A stretch of DNA of 63,748 nucleotides, the filler included, from Sluysia triapertura (Eukaryota): assembly GCA_046118255.1 (NCBI GenBank). It is 5 parts of 5 records of this genome, joined end to end, with 100 filler letters (N's around TTAATTAATTAA, not from the genome) between each part and the next. Parts side by side here need not be neighbours in the genome. Positions count along the whole stretch, not along the records: positions 38,063 to 51,960 come from JBJNIA010015199.1; positions 52,061 to 63,748 come from JBJNIA010179362.1; 3 more parts are not named here. One strand, written 5' to 3'. The notes beneath the pieces are model-generated. The model had not been told where the DNA came from. It saw only the letters and a program-made list of their open reading frames with translations, and ran no database searches. Position 1 is the first letter of the stretch; every line of letters starts with the position of its first letter. Both the position numbers and the translations under genes were made by a program. Below are positions 50,658-63,748 of the stretch, piece by piece.

Positions 50658-51555
50658 TGTTGTAAGAAAAATAATGAATTTAATTTCTCTTTTTGGAATT
50701 TAATTTATTTTCTACTGAAAAATGTTTATGGTTCTCATTCTCAAACAAACCATTATACAAATATTTCAAAGTCATACATAAATTCTCCTCTTTCATAGCA
50801 ATCATCTCATATTAAATTCATTATATTTGCATCATTCTAAGTATAAAAAAATTCAACATTCCATAATTAAGAATTAATAAAAATTTGATTTTCTCAATAT
50901 TATGGCTTTCCTTGCATGAACTGCATTTTTAAAACAAATACATGAATAGTTTCGAATTTAACATAGCATTCTGCATTCAAATGTTAAGATTTTAATTAAT
51001 TAATCTATTTTGAAACTTAACTTATTCCATGTTTAAAGGTTTTATTAAGGTTTTAAAGTTAGTTAGTAGTTTATAAGGCATTCAGGAGGCTCTAGATGTT
51101 TTCACCTTCACTTCTCATATTACTCTTTCTACTTCTTCATGTTAATTATTACCATACTAGATTTATTCTTAATACCAATAATTGATTTTATTTTTCAAAT
51201 ACTTTAAAGATGTCATATTTTAATACTTTATAAGATTACTCGAAGATCAAGGTTTAAAGGTTCATAAAGTCTCAGATGATCTCAAAGTTCACAAATTCAA
51301 AAGTATCCCAATGCCTTTAAAGGTTTATTAGTGTATGTCAAACTTTCACAAGGTCTCAAACCCTTATATAGGTTTATAAAAACGCCAAGGTATTCTTTAA
51401 CTGTTAACATTATTATAGATGTTTTTACATTCACAATTCTTATTCCGATATTGTTTATAATGTTCACTCCATCAATTTGTATCAGTTCTTCCTTTATTTT
51501 ATAATTCTACGTGTTTATCACACATCTCTTAATCCACAGATGGAAAATCACAACA
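50658..51555. mobile_element. Family D repeat, copy 2, LTR-like (TGTTGT...ACAACA)
   Basis: Short inverted termini, strand-skewed composition and homology to 47238-47900. No TSD seen. Confidence 0.55.
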
Positions 51556-51647
51556 TAATTATTGAAAAAATTTCAAATTTTAAGAAGTTCAACTTATGAA
51601 AAGCAGACTGTATTTTATTTTAGGGGCAAAATTATGAGTTATAGAAA

Positions 51648-51960
51648 TATACATCTATATACATCTATATACATCTGTATACATCTATATACATCTGTAT
51701 ACATCTATATACATCTATACACATATATATATATATACATCTATACACATATATATACATCTATATACATCTGTATACATCTATACACATCTATATACAT
51801 CTACATATATCTACATACATCTATATACATCTGTATACATCTATATACATCTATGCACATATATATACATCTATACACATATATATACATCTATACACAT
51901 CTATATACATCTACATATATCTACATACATCTATATACATCTGTATACATCTATATACAT
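51648..51960. repeat. 10-bp minisatellite (ACATCTATAT)n running into the contig end
   Basis: About 30 visible units. It generates the spurious ORF 51562-52008. Confidence 0.95.
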
Positions 51961-52060
51961 NNNNNNNNNNNNNNNNNNNNNNNNNNNNNNNNNNNNNNNN
52001 NNNNTTAATTAATTAANNNNNNNNNNNNNNNNNNNNNNNNNNNNNNNNNNNNNNNNNNNN
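51961..52060. other. Artificial contig linker
   Basis: N44-TTAATTAATTAA-N44. Confidence 0.97.
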
Positions 52061-52189
52061 TAATAAAAATTTGATTATTCAACTTTACATTATGGGTTTG
52101 GTTATTCCGAGCATATTTCGGCAGAGTACTCTTGATGGTACTAAAAATTTAAAAGAAAAATTATCAGATATAAAAAAGGTAATCACGTA

Positions 52190-52672
52190 AAAATAATTAA
52201 AAACAACTATGATATGAAAGTCACCATTTTTGCTAATTTGAACAGGAATAGTTACTGTAGCCGGTGAATCATGTATGATTGGAAATGTTGAATGGTGCCA
52301 TCACAAAGTAATATCATTCGTTATACTGACACCTTGATGAATAACTCAGTAATAAATAGTTTTTTTTAGGTCCACCGTAGTGTTATGAACTACAATCTAG
52401 ACATAATGAAGTTGTAATAGGAACATCAAAAAAAAATATTAGTAGACTGCACTAAATCTCCTTTAGAAAATAAAGAATTATTAACTAATGTATCTAATAG
52501 ATGATGAGCAGTTGTAGGACTATAAAATAATTCTTCACATGTTTTTGACAAATAAATATCGTTTTCAACATGACTTGTACACATTAAATCATTCGAAATA
52601 TTACTTGTAGCACTTGCAGGGCTTCTATGCTTTTTATTTTTACTAAATACCTAGATTGTAGAATGAACATCA
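52190..52672 (-). pseudogene. Intronless orphan gene, disrupted
   Basis: MFILQSRYLVKIKKHRSPASATSNISNDLMCTSHVENDIYLSKTCEELFYSPTTAHHLLDTLVNN... continues through stops. Confidence 0.4.
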
Positions 52673-52799
52673 TTTTAGTATTTTTATAATGAAACAAGAC
52701 TACAAAATTTACCTCAAAGACATTTTATTTAATCGATAAACATTTATTTATAAAAAAAACAAAAAAAACAAAAACATAAATTTCTTTGCTTTAAAATTA

Positions 52800-53249
52800 C
52801 ATGATCTTTCTTTGTTTCTTGTGTATATCTTGAGAGCTAGAATTAAAATGATGTATATTGAAGTGTAAAAGGTTATAACTTGAGTATTTTAGAACAGTAT
52901 GAATGTTAAAATGAGTGATCAATGTTCAAGAAGGTCATGTTTGATTGTTAGGATTTGATGAAAGAAAATCGTGAATTTATAATGTTTAGATTGCTTTGAA
53001 GATGCCTGTTAGCTGATTTCTAGTGTGCTTGTGATTTGATTATTAGGAAATGAAAATAAAATATTTTAGATGAATTTTTTAATGTAATTGAATGGTTTTG
53101 AATGCATTAGTGGTTTGGGTGTTATGAGATTATGGGTTTAATTGATTTTGACGGGTGAAAATGTTAAAAAGATGTGATTTTGGTTATGTTGTGTTGAAAG
53201 GAAAAAAGTTTTAATAAAATTTATTAAAGGTGAAAGGCTGGCCACCACA
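52800..53249 (+). mobile_element. Family C strand-skewed terminal module
   Basis: G/T-rich tract ending GGCTGGCCACCACA, matching the 29088 and 36764 termini. Confidence 0.55.
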
Positions 53250-55917
53250 ATATTGCAGTGAAGTTGAAAAACTGGACGAATATACTCAGGTGATCTTCGA
53301 AGAAAAGATGTTATTAACCACGGACAAAAATTTTTAAAAAGTGTCTGCGATTAAAAATGGTGCGTATTTATATAGTTTTAATTCGACCTTGATCGGATTG
53401 AAACAAATGTTAAAAACTAAAACAAATAATTTTTCAAATAGATTAAATGTTAGTTTAATATTATTATAATTAAAATAAAAATAAATTATATAATTAGAAT
53501 TACTTACAAAAATGTAATTTGCGATAAAATTTCCAATAAATCAAAAAAATAAAATATTTGAAAATCAATAATATCCAAATAAAAAAAATTAATAATAAAA
53601 TAAATTAATAATATTTAATAATAGTATATATTATAGTGTTTAAATGTTCGAATAACAATTGTTACACACATATCAAAGTTTATAATAAATAAATCAATCA
53701 ATAATTGTTCAATAACTGTTAGTTCAAATGTTCGAATAATTGTTACGTCACAATATATTTTTAATTAGATTCAACAACAGAAAATACTTATTGTTTCATT
53801 GCACCGTATTTGAATTTTAAGTGTCCTCTTACAGCACCAAAACAAGTTTTCCATAACTTTTCAAATCACACAATTCCAATTTGTTGTTCCACATCCAACT
53901 CATCTTTTATTGGCCCATCATTATTATCATTAATACCATTACATGGTTGTATCATGACGAATCAAATCAATCTCAATTATTCCAGTTGTCCTTTTGGTTA
54001 GATATAAATTACATACAATTATTTTCGTGATTTATACATAAAATTGTAAACATTTCATATCTTATTATATAACATCATAAATAATTGATATTTTTAAAAT
54101 AAATTTTATACATTAATAAAAACTGTGTTAAAAATAATGTTTGTGTAATTTTAAGTAGTGCAGAAAAATTTTTTCGTAATTTTACCCTTAACACACACTT
54201 TTTGAAAAAATTCGGCAAAACAATCAATTTTTATTTAAGAACCTTGTTTCGACAAAAATTATAATTGTAATTTTGGATTTTGATCCCAATTGCAGATAAG
54301 AGCTGAATATTGCAATTTTGCACATACATCGACTTTTATTATTTTTCTTTTCGAATTGCCGTTTAGAAAAAAATTTTTCTAAAAATTTATCGGTAAAAAT
54401 ATTCATTTATACATTTTCAACAGAAATAATAATAATAATTTTCTTTTGTACGATATATTTCGAAGCAAAACGCAGCACATACTCCAATAATAATGATAAT
54501 GATAATTTGAAAATTAGAAATATCAAATTTTATTTTCCGTAATAACAAAATAACTATCTATGAAGATACACTTATCTTTGGAAGTTTACAACACTTAGAT
54601 AAATATTGAACTAAACTACTATATAAAACAAGAGAAAGTAGTATTTGATATTTCAGGAATAAATCGTAATATATAAGAAACAATGACCTTTATATAAATG
54701 ATAAATATCAATAAAACTCCAGCGTGCACGTTTAAGAGTTAACAATTGAAAAACATGAAACGTCAATATTACTAGTCTAAAAACAAGGAGAGATAATATT
54801 ATTATCTATTTATCTTTACTGTTTTCAAATACATGTTTTATTGTCATTAATTTTTAATTGATCCAAAGTTTATTTTATAATATTTTATTGTTTATTGTTT
54901 TATATTATATTATATATTATATTTAACACTTCGCATGCATACTACAGGGATCTGTGATCGCACACATCAACATACAAATGCGTATTTAATTGGTAAATTA
55001 TAAATATTAATTTAATATTTTATACGTTTGGTTGTTAAGTATTTACATTATTGATGTAATTAATTATGTATTGTAAGTGTACATAAATTAATTTGAGAAT
55101 TAAATGTCAACTTAGTTCAAACAAATGTTTTGATTGTTGATATTTATTGTGTCAGTATTTTGTGTTCATTGTTATATTTATTCAATATTTCGTAAAAATA
55201 AAAAGAATGTATTTAAATAACTAAATAGACAGAAAAAGAAATACGAAGTTTAAAAACTAGTAAAAATCAATGAGTAAAAGTTGTAAATTAAAATTGGACT
55301 TTATCATAATTTTATAAGAAAGACAAGTAGCTGTTATATTCACCGTTTGGTGTTCTACAATATGGAATTTGAACGAAGAAAGAACTATAAATGAAAAAAA
55401 TTAAAAACACATCGTAAAGTGTAACATTTTACGAAATTTGGTAATAAATATTATAAAGGTGCTACTATTGTTTGATGCTGTCATATCAAATTACAAATTG
55501 TTTAAATGCGCACTCATTAATTAATTAGATTATGATGACAATAACGGTTATATAATGTTATATGATTTTATTATGCATCTAATTATGATTTTGTTATAAA
55601 ACATATGTGGTTTTCGACGATAAAAAAAGAATTATATAATGAATATCTGATCATTGATAAACGTTTTTGATTAATAAAATGTTTATTTGACTTCCGAAAA
55701 TTCAATATTTGTTTCACAAAATTTCGTTACTTTTATATAAAACTCCATTATTATTTTGTTGTTTGGATTATATAATTATTATTATTAATTATTAATTATT
55801 ATAATTATTATATAATTAAAACTGAATTGATTTAAGTTTTATAATTATTTGATTAGGTACAATGAAGATATTAAAATTGACAAAAAATACTTAGTTTTGG
55901 TTTGATATTAAAATTTA

Positions 55918-56532
55918 TTACCGAAAATAAGACCTAGCTTGATATATCAGGATGATTTTAATTTATCGAATAGGATAGCTAATAAGTCAATGAATAGCTT
56001 GATTCGGTGTTCAGTGCATTCTTTAGCATATACTTCTATATTTAAAGCACAATTAGCTTTAAATTACAATACATTTTGAGATACTTTCATTGTTAAAGCA
56101 TTCTAATTCACTTTCTGACTTTGACTGACTATAACAATCCTCCAAGTAAGATTTTATTAGCAGTTATCAAAGCATTTCTCCTTTGTCGCACAACATCCAC
56201 GAGAATGACTTAAAATATTGAAATTCAGTTAAATGAAAACTCCGCGGAAACTTTGGAATCCAGTGACATGCAAGATACTCTAGAGGACGACGATATGGCC
56301 ATTTTTGAATGATTTATAGTTCCTGGTTTTTAAACATAAAATGTGTTATTCATTAGTAAATGTAGATCGGTTTTCATGTTTTTTGTATATTTATAAATTT
56401 CATAATTCTGTACTTTCTAATTTTGTTTTTCGATAAATGAAAATACGACACCACTCAAAAATAAGCCCCAGCGTCATATTTTGGAATGGGATTTAATATA
56501 AGCCCTGTATTATTTTCGGGGAAACACGGTAT
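55918..56532. mobile_element. pogo/Tigger-like element remnant
   Basis: Left CCGAAAATAAGACC and right TTATTTTCGGGGAAACACGG-TA inverted ends. Confidence 0.55.
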
Positions 56533-57375
56533 ACAGATTGTGTGGTTAAAAATAAAAATTATTTTCTTTTCTTTTTTCTCCGTTCTTCAAAAGAATGACT
56601 TTAACAGGAATAAGATCAAATATTCGAATGACAGATGGATAAATGATGAACAAAAAACATCATAAAAAGAATAATAGAAGAGGAAATATCGAAAGTTATA
56701 TCAATTTTCAATCTTATGTTACGTTGGAAGGAAAAATTTGCGAAAAATTTTTATTCACAATAAAAAGTGAATAGGTTTTAAATTTAAAAAATATGAATTA
56801 AAACATAAACAGATTTAAATTTCAAATTTTATTTTGTTCATATTCGACATGATAACCTGGTTCCAAATTCGCTGAAGTTTTTAATAAAATTTATATAGAA
56901 AAATGATGACCTCAGAACAGGAAAATGGTGCATACTTTAAAAATTACTGTGAATGTATTAGCAGAATTCAATTCTCCAGTATCCCAGTTATAGTCGCCAT
57001 ATTGTTCCGTTAACTTATAAGATAGAAAGTTCGAAGAAATGTATGATATAAAACTGACATTGATCAATTATTTCGTCTCGAAATATACAGTTTCTAAAAC
57101 AAAGAGATAAGAGTTACCATAGAGATGGAAAAAGGATATCGAAATGGATAGTATTTGCAAATTAAAAATATGTGTTTTTTATTTTTATATATTTAGATTT
57201 TTTCAGTAAAGTCTTTCTTTCTAAACCAATTAAAATAGTTTATTTTAATTTTCATAAATGTAATAGCAGGATTTTTTTGGACACCTTTGTAAAAGCATAA
57301 ACGTTTTCATAGAGATATTATTATTACTATTATTATATAATATTATTCTATTAATATTACTATTATTATAAGTAT

Positions 57376-57720
57376 TGTGAGAAATGTGAGTAAACCAATA
57401 GAATAAAATAAGTCAAAGATGTGAGTCAACCAACGTACTGGACTTACCTGCTAGGGCCAGCCGCTGGACTTTTACAAGATAATTCAAAAGAAAAATAAGC
57501 AAATGCAATACTCTTCATCTGGAGGTGTATATTCTTACTGTTTTTATAAAATTTCTGTATCTTTGATTACAAAATTAAATGAATCAAATTTAATTATATA
57601 TTTTTCGCAGGATTCCTTTATATGGAATCAAAAAATAGAATTTTACCTGCTAGAATTAAATTTTAGTCTTTTGAAAACTATAAAGATGTGAGATTTTAAT
57701 TGATTTTGCAACTATGTAAT
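57376..57720 (-). mobile_element. Family B LTR-like repeat, partial
   Basis: Core GTGAGTCAACCAACGTACTGGACTTAC...CGCTGG at 57421-57467. The right boundary is approximate. Confidence 0.5.
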
Positions 57721-58172
57721 TTATGGATTAAAAAAATTGTAAAGAAAAAATTCTTTTATTATTTAAATACAAAATATAAAATTAGCAAATATGGTTAAAA
57801 ATAATAATAAAATTTACATTAACTAACTATTGTTAGTTATAGTCAGTTATAGTTTAAAAAGATTTTTCCAAAGATCCAAATTATAAATATAGATTTTAAG
57901 TTGATTTTGCCTATGATATAAAATTTATATCAACCTTAAAAAATTTAAACTAACGGCACTATTTGCAATTACTCTTCTTAAAATTGTCTCTACAAATAAT
58001 AAGAATCTTGTCTGAAAAATCTTGTGTAAAACATTGCAGATGCAATCATTTATATACTTGTTTTAGTCATAAATCTATATTAAATGTCATGATTATAGTT
58101 CAAAATATCAACAATATGTTAATAACAATGTGTGCATAAACAAGTATTTACAGTATAATAATTAATAAAAAT

Positions 58173-58696
58173 ATGATATCTTATTTAGATTTCAAATATA
58201 GTAAAGATTATTATGTTTCCAAAGAATTTTATTTATGCTGTCGATTTATGACTAAAGATAGTATTGAAATGAATTCGAGCAGTAGAAACGAAGAATATGA
58301 ATTCGGATACATGGTTCATCGACATATTGGTTGCAATGCAATTGAAGATTCTTTTGAAATATTATTTGAACAAGTACTACAACAATCATTGAAATTACAT
58401 TTAATGATTTGTATAAGAAAAATGCAACAAGGTTATGAAATTTTTTAATTAAATTTTATCTACTCAAAAATTAAAATAAATAAATATTTTTAACAGATAA
58501 AATTGTACCATCAATTCCACTTTACTTTTTGTCTAATCCAAGATGCCCTCGTGGTTCAACTGCTCAACCATTTTATAAATCAATCTTTAAAAACTGGGAC
58601 GTGTGTGAGATACCAAGTCGAGCGTTGATATATCATGATCTTCACATTGGAGGCTTATGCTTTTATTCACCTAAACAAAAGTGTCCGTCCAGTTAG
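58173..58696 (+). CDS. Cys-rich orphan protein; exons ~58173-58431 and 58497-58696 (true 5' end uncertain)
   Basis: A 65-nt phase-1 GT..CAG intron joins the 91-aa ORF in frame to DKIVPSIPLYFLSNPRCPRG...GGLCFYSPKQKCPSS*. Confidence 0.45.
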
Positions 58697-59469
58697 TTTA
58701 ACGAATATTTATTCCATAATTATTTCGAACTTCGAACATAAATATTAAAACCGTAATTTCAAATAATAATAATAATATAAGGTACCAGAATAGTCGTACG
58801 GACAAAATAAGAATTCAGAGAAATTTCGGAATCTTTATACTTGATAAGCGTCATGTTCCAAATATTTATTTATTATAGAAATGACAAAAATCATGATGAA
58901 AGCATTTAGCTTAACCAAAATTGAATTTTTTAATACGTTCAATTAATTCTAGAAGAAACATAAGCATAGTTTTTTCTTTGAGAATATGTTAAGTATAAAG
59001 TTTGCAGTGTTTCCACGGAGAATTTTTGATCATATGACAAACAATAGTTAAAGTATTTTCTAATATCGGTTTTAAATATAGTAATAACCATTCAAACATA
59101 TTTAAAAAAGGAATGCATTCGTTTTACCATGTGCGGAGGACAATAAATAATTGAATTTAAACAAACTATTGATATTTTTATTTAATTTTAATTTTTTATC
59201 AAAAATATTTAAAACGTTAATTAAATAAAAACATTTTAACTTTAATTTAATCATCCCTAACAAAATAGGCTTAAGGCCTGTAAAGATTAACAAATTTAAA
59301 ACAATAATATAATTTGACGTCTTATTATTTATAAACAATAAGAAAAAACATAACAAGTGAAGAGCAAGCATAAAAGAATTAAATAATAAAACTAGCTGCA
59401 TTGAAAAAGTATCTTCACCAAATGGCATTTAAATATTACACCAAGAAGCTGTATTGTACAATTGGCTAA

Positions 59470-60735
59470 TCAATTCGTAATAATTCGAAAAAGTTTTTTA
59501 AGCGCTGTCAATAATTTACTAATATAATAGAACAGTGCTACTCCGAAAATAATCAATGGAAATAATACTTTTATAGCGACAATCAAGTAGATTACTATAA
59601 CATTGTAATTCTTGGTAATGTGTGAATGCAATTCGTTGAATGTCAATTGTCGAGTTGTCATGCAGGTTGTAGCAGAAGTAAGCGTTTTAAGTTTTATCAT
59701 TGCACCAATTGCCCAAAATGATGCTAGCTCGATTAATTTCAATCTATAACTATTCATAAGTGTATTATGATTAAGTTTGTCTTCATGTTCACTAATTTGT
59801 ATATCATTATTTTCCAAACTTTTAAATTTATCATTAAATTGAGCCCATAATTTATAAAGTCGAAAATCAGTTTTTGCAGCCCCACTGACAATATTAAGTG
59901 CAACTGCTAATTGATTAAACCCTCTTGTTCTGCAAAATCAGCTGCTGAATTGTCAAATCGATTTGTAAATCGAGAATTAGCACCACTAACTAATAATATA
60001 TTGCAGCAAGCAACAGAGCCACGCCTTGCTGCTAACATTAATGGAGTCTTACGTTGATTATTGAAACTATCAATAACTACGTCTAAATGCACAAGTGTTT
60101 CAATAAATTTCTTATGATTCAAAGGAAAAGATTATTCAAAGCAGCATAATGAAGAGCAGTATTACCATGATCATCAGTATTAATATACCCTTTAATATTG
60201 GGATTAGCTTCATTAGCGATTGATAACTAGATATACAATTGTGAATTATTGTCCTAATCATTTGTATAACTAAGCCAAGATGTTGGTGTATACATACATA
60301 ATGTCATTAAATCTATTTCATTCGTATTACTTAACTGAGAATTTACATTGAATCCCTTGTCAATTAAAATTTTCATTATTTCGTAATTTGCTTTTGCAGA
60401 AGCAACGATTAGAGGTGTTTCTCCATTTGCAAATGTGATTTCTTCAACCTCTTTAATTTAATCGGTGTCGTTAAGCTCAACTCTATAACTATTATCCTCT
60501 GAATCATCTCCTTTTTCTGATACACTTTTAGATTGCGTATCTCGCTCCGTAATTTTATATTTAATCAAATATGGCAAAAGTTCAATAAATTCTTTATTAT
60601 CATCATCACGTAAATATCTATAGAGTTTTCCTATTGGAGTTTCTTTACATTTGAAAACATCAAGATCAAAACAATAAGCATATTCCTAATCCGAATAATC
60701 ATCATTATATTCATCGCGCTCTCGTCAGAATACAT
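59470..60735 (-). pseudogene. Intronless ankyrin-repeat pseudogene with acidic N-terminus and hydrophobic C-terminus
   Basis: GETPLIVASAKANYEIMKILIDKG, GNTALHYAA and RKTPLMLAARRGSVACCNILLVSGAN. Several in-frame stops and frameshifts. Confidence 0.8.
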
Positions 60736-60957
60736 TCTCAAAAATATACTTAGCAAAATCTTATGATCCAATCGATATATTGAGTTATTTTTTAATGTTT
60801 TATTTTTATATTTTTAATTATTTTTAGCGAACTATTAAATAGCACAGAGAGCAAACAAAGTACTGATATAATAGTTTGTACATATTTAATTTGTAGTAAA
60901 TTGTGTTGTCAGATTCTAAATAAATATGATTTCTGTACGTTTTGGATCTCAGTATTT

Positions 60958-61330
60958 TTATCTGTTTTTGGTGAAAGCAATTATTTCCCAACAAATTACA
61001 TTTTCTATGATAACTATAGGTAAATGGTAAACTTTTGATTCATATTGCATAATATCATGTAATTTGGCATTATCAAATAAATAAATAATAATTTCCGTAA
61101 TACTTGTAATTGTTGAAAGTTTAATCGTTGATTCTTTTGCTAATGAATTTTCTAATAATTGAAACTGTTCAATTTTTAAAAACGATTCCATTAATGTTGT
61201 CGAATCTTCTGTATTAAGAAAACTTTCTAATAATCGTGTTTATATGCTATTACTCAGTGTCAATGATTTTATTGGCGCATCATTTGCTTCTTTTTGATAA
61301 ATTCTTTTGACAATTTGAGATCTTTCTGAT
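60958..61330 (-). pseudogene. Degenerate orphan ORF upstream of the ankyrin gene
   Basis: The 77-aa ORF extends upstream past one stop (QKDLKLSKEFIKKEANDAPIKSL). Confidence 0.3.
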
Positions 61331-61899
61331 TAAGCATTACTGTTCAAATAAAAATGAGAAAAGCAGAAGAGTAAAAAGAAAGACTAATAATAAGGATAAA
61401 AGAAATAATAATGATAACAATAACGTGAATTGTTGATGTTGATATGAAATTTATAGTGAAAATTGTTATAAAAGCTATTATAAAAGCTTTTAATTGCTAA
61501 TCATATTATATAACAATAATGACAATAATTATCATATATATTGTTTAATACGATTTGAATTGTAATAACAATAATCATGATAATTATGTGCAATGATTAT
61601 GTTTGTTTCTTGAATGAGTTTAGTAATTTGTTTAATAATTTGTGTACAAGTGAAGTGTTTTTATGTGATGAAGTGTGATGAAATTTGTGTGATTTCCCTA
61701 CACCATGTAAAATTATTCACTAAGTAAAGACTATTAAGTAGCTTATATATATATATATATAAGCTATATATGCAGCACTCCCTTTGGATTTTATAGTTTC
61801 GAATACAAATTAAATTGTGCGACATTTGAAAATTTATGTATTATCTAATTTTAATAATAGTAATGATAATAATATAAAAATATTTAAAATAGGTAGATT

Positions 61900-62348
61900 T
61901 CTTATATTTTTATAATAAATAAAATAATGAAATAATAAATAAATAAATTTTATAATAAAATAATAAATAAATTTTATCATTAAACAAATCTTAAAAAAAT
62001 AAAGCAATGAAATAATAAATAATAAACCAATAAATATATTTTATGATAAAAAATGAAATAATAATAAATTTTAAATAAATCTTATAATAAATAAAACGAT
62101 GAAATAGTAAACAAAAAATAAAATAATAAACAAATTTTATAAATAAACAAATCTTATATTAAATAAATAAAGCACTGAAATAATAAATAATTTTAAATAA
62201 ATAAAACAATGAAATAATGAATAATAAAATATTAAATACATTTTATAATATAACAATGAAATAATAATAAATTTAAATATATAACTAAATTTTATAATAA
62301 CTAGAATAATGAAAATAAAAACATAAAATAAACAAGATCAATGATATC

Positions 62349-62385
<37 letters not shown>

Positions 62386-62390
62386 CAAAA
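61900..62390. repeat. A-rich degenerate tandem repeat (AATGAAATAATAAAT units) plus (AAT)n
   Basis: Directly visible. Confidence 0.75.
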
Positions 62391-63748
62391 ATTATATATT
62401 ATTATTAATTTTAATAATAATAATAATTGAATATGCTCAAACGAACTTTATATATCAAGTAACAACTATGTCTTATAACTAACTTCGCATGATTTAAACT
62501 CTAAAGTTTCGTCTGGGCAATGTAAATCAAGATTCAAGAATTATTATTGTGCTTGATTTTATATTATTGTTATTAATTCTTATTTTAAAAGGATTTTATT
62601 AACTATAATAGTAAGGTTTGGTGTTTGCAAATTTTAATTTCGTGTTATCTTTGTTGAATATCATTTTACAATGATCATTTAAACAATTTAAATTTAAAAT
62701 TGTTATTTGTTATTAAATTTTGAATTTATATTATCTCTATGTAATCTCATTTTAATTTAATATAAAACATTAAGATCTCGGTAATTTTATAATTTAAAAA
62801 TACGAATGAATTATTTTAAATTTATTTTAAAATGAAAGTTTATGAAAATTTGAAAATGAAAATATGAAAACAAAAATGAGTTCGAACACAAAATGAGCAT
62901 TATTTTTAAAATGATCGACATTATTTTACAGTAAGAACATTCATGAGAACATTTATTTTTCTTACAATAATAATAATAATTCAAGCTAATTTTCCTTTAA
63001 ATACTTCATAAAACTTATTAAAATGTTTGTAAATATTTATAATACTGATAAAGTTCAAAATCAACTCAGAACAGGTTAAAATTAATCTTAAAATTTGTCT
63101 AAAATTCGTCTCTGTTCTTAGACAGAGAAGTGTAATATTTTTAAAGTTTCAGTTAACTATGCTAAATCGAATCGCAAGCTGAATTATACTATATTTAGTT
63201 ATTAAGTCGTAGCATTTAATTATTTTATTTAAATTAATTGTTCGATAAACAATTAAAAGAGAAGTCTGACAGCAGCGATTGAAATCAGCTTACCAACTTC
63301 TATTTTCAATAAATTGGTTATCTAGACAGTAATTAAATTGCCAATAAATTAAAAATGCAACACTTAGAAAATGAATTGTATATCCAATTAAATTAAAATT
63401 GCAACAAGTTTCTCTTTTTTGTTTTTTTTAGTAAAAAACCACTTTCAAACATGGCAAATAAGATGTTATAATCAATTTTTCTCTGTAGTTAATTCCATCA
63501 CGTGACCAATTTCTCTACACAGTAGTTAAATAAATTCTGTTATATAACTCTGACTTTGTTTATGTTGGTATTCATTTTTTCATTATTATTTTATCACACA
63601 TTTTTTCGATCTTGAGGTGCTTCCGATTAATCCGTAATTTATAATTTTAATTAAGTTTAATGAATTCTATTTTCTTCTAAAGTTACATATATATCTTGAA
63701 ATATTTCCTTCATATTTTAGACCTTGATCTCTGAAACTACTGATACTT

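Noticed and set aside
51562-52008. 148-aa ORF
   Set aside because: It is a translation of the 10-bp minisatellite and the N linker.
53760-54060. Decayed minus-strand coding-like stretch
   Set aside because: Multiple stops and no recognisable motif.
56540-57170. Possible Sola-like transposase remnant
   Set aside because: Only weak fragments (KICEKF, PYCS), insufficient to call.

Overview
Very AT-rich (about a fifth to a quarter G+C by eye) genomic DNA from an invertebrate animal. The species cannot be named from this sequence. The window is five independent segments (1-14970, 15071-26143, 26244-37962, 38063-51960, 52061-63748) joined by identical artificial 100-nt linkers (N44-TTAATTAATTAA-N44), so nothing can be linked across a linker. 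Recognisable host genes are a large exon of a LIN-66-like winged-helix/OB-fold protein, two exons of Furry (FRY), an intact two-exon Ly6/uPAR (three-finger) GPI-anchored gene missed by the ORF track, and a few orphan spliced exons. Most of the rest is decayed mobile DNA: RTE and L2 LINEs, Tc1/IS630, maT-like mariner, MULE, pogo/Tigger, MITEs, a Polinton/Maverick-type DNA polymerase B remnant, and several TG...CA-bounded LTR-like families. The best lead is a 2028-bp insertion (34737-36764) with TGT...ACA ends and a 5-bp target duplication (AAGAT). It interrupts an LTR-like repeat and carries an intronless orphan gene behind an inverted-CCAAT element. The same layout recurs several times with unrelated cargo genes, suggesting a family of gene-carrying mobile modules, possibly linked to a Polinton-like element. 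A second lead is a covarying hairpin/pseudoknot and a triple stem-loop array in one LTR-like family. All homology calls come from recalled motifs, not database searches.
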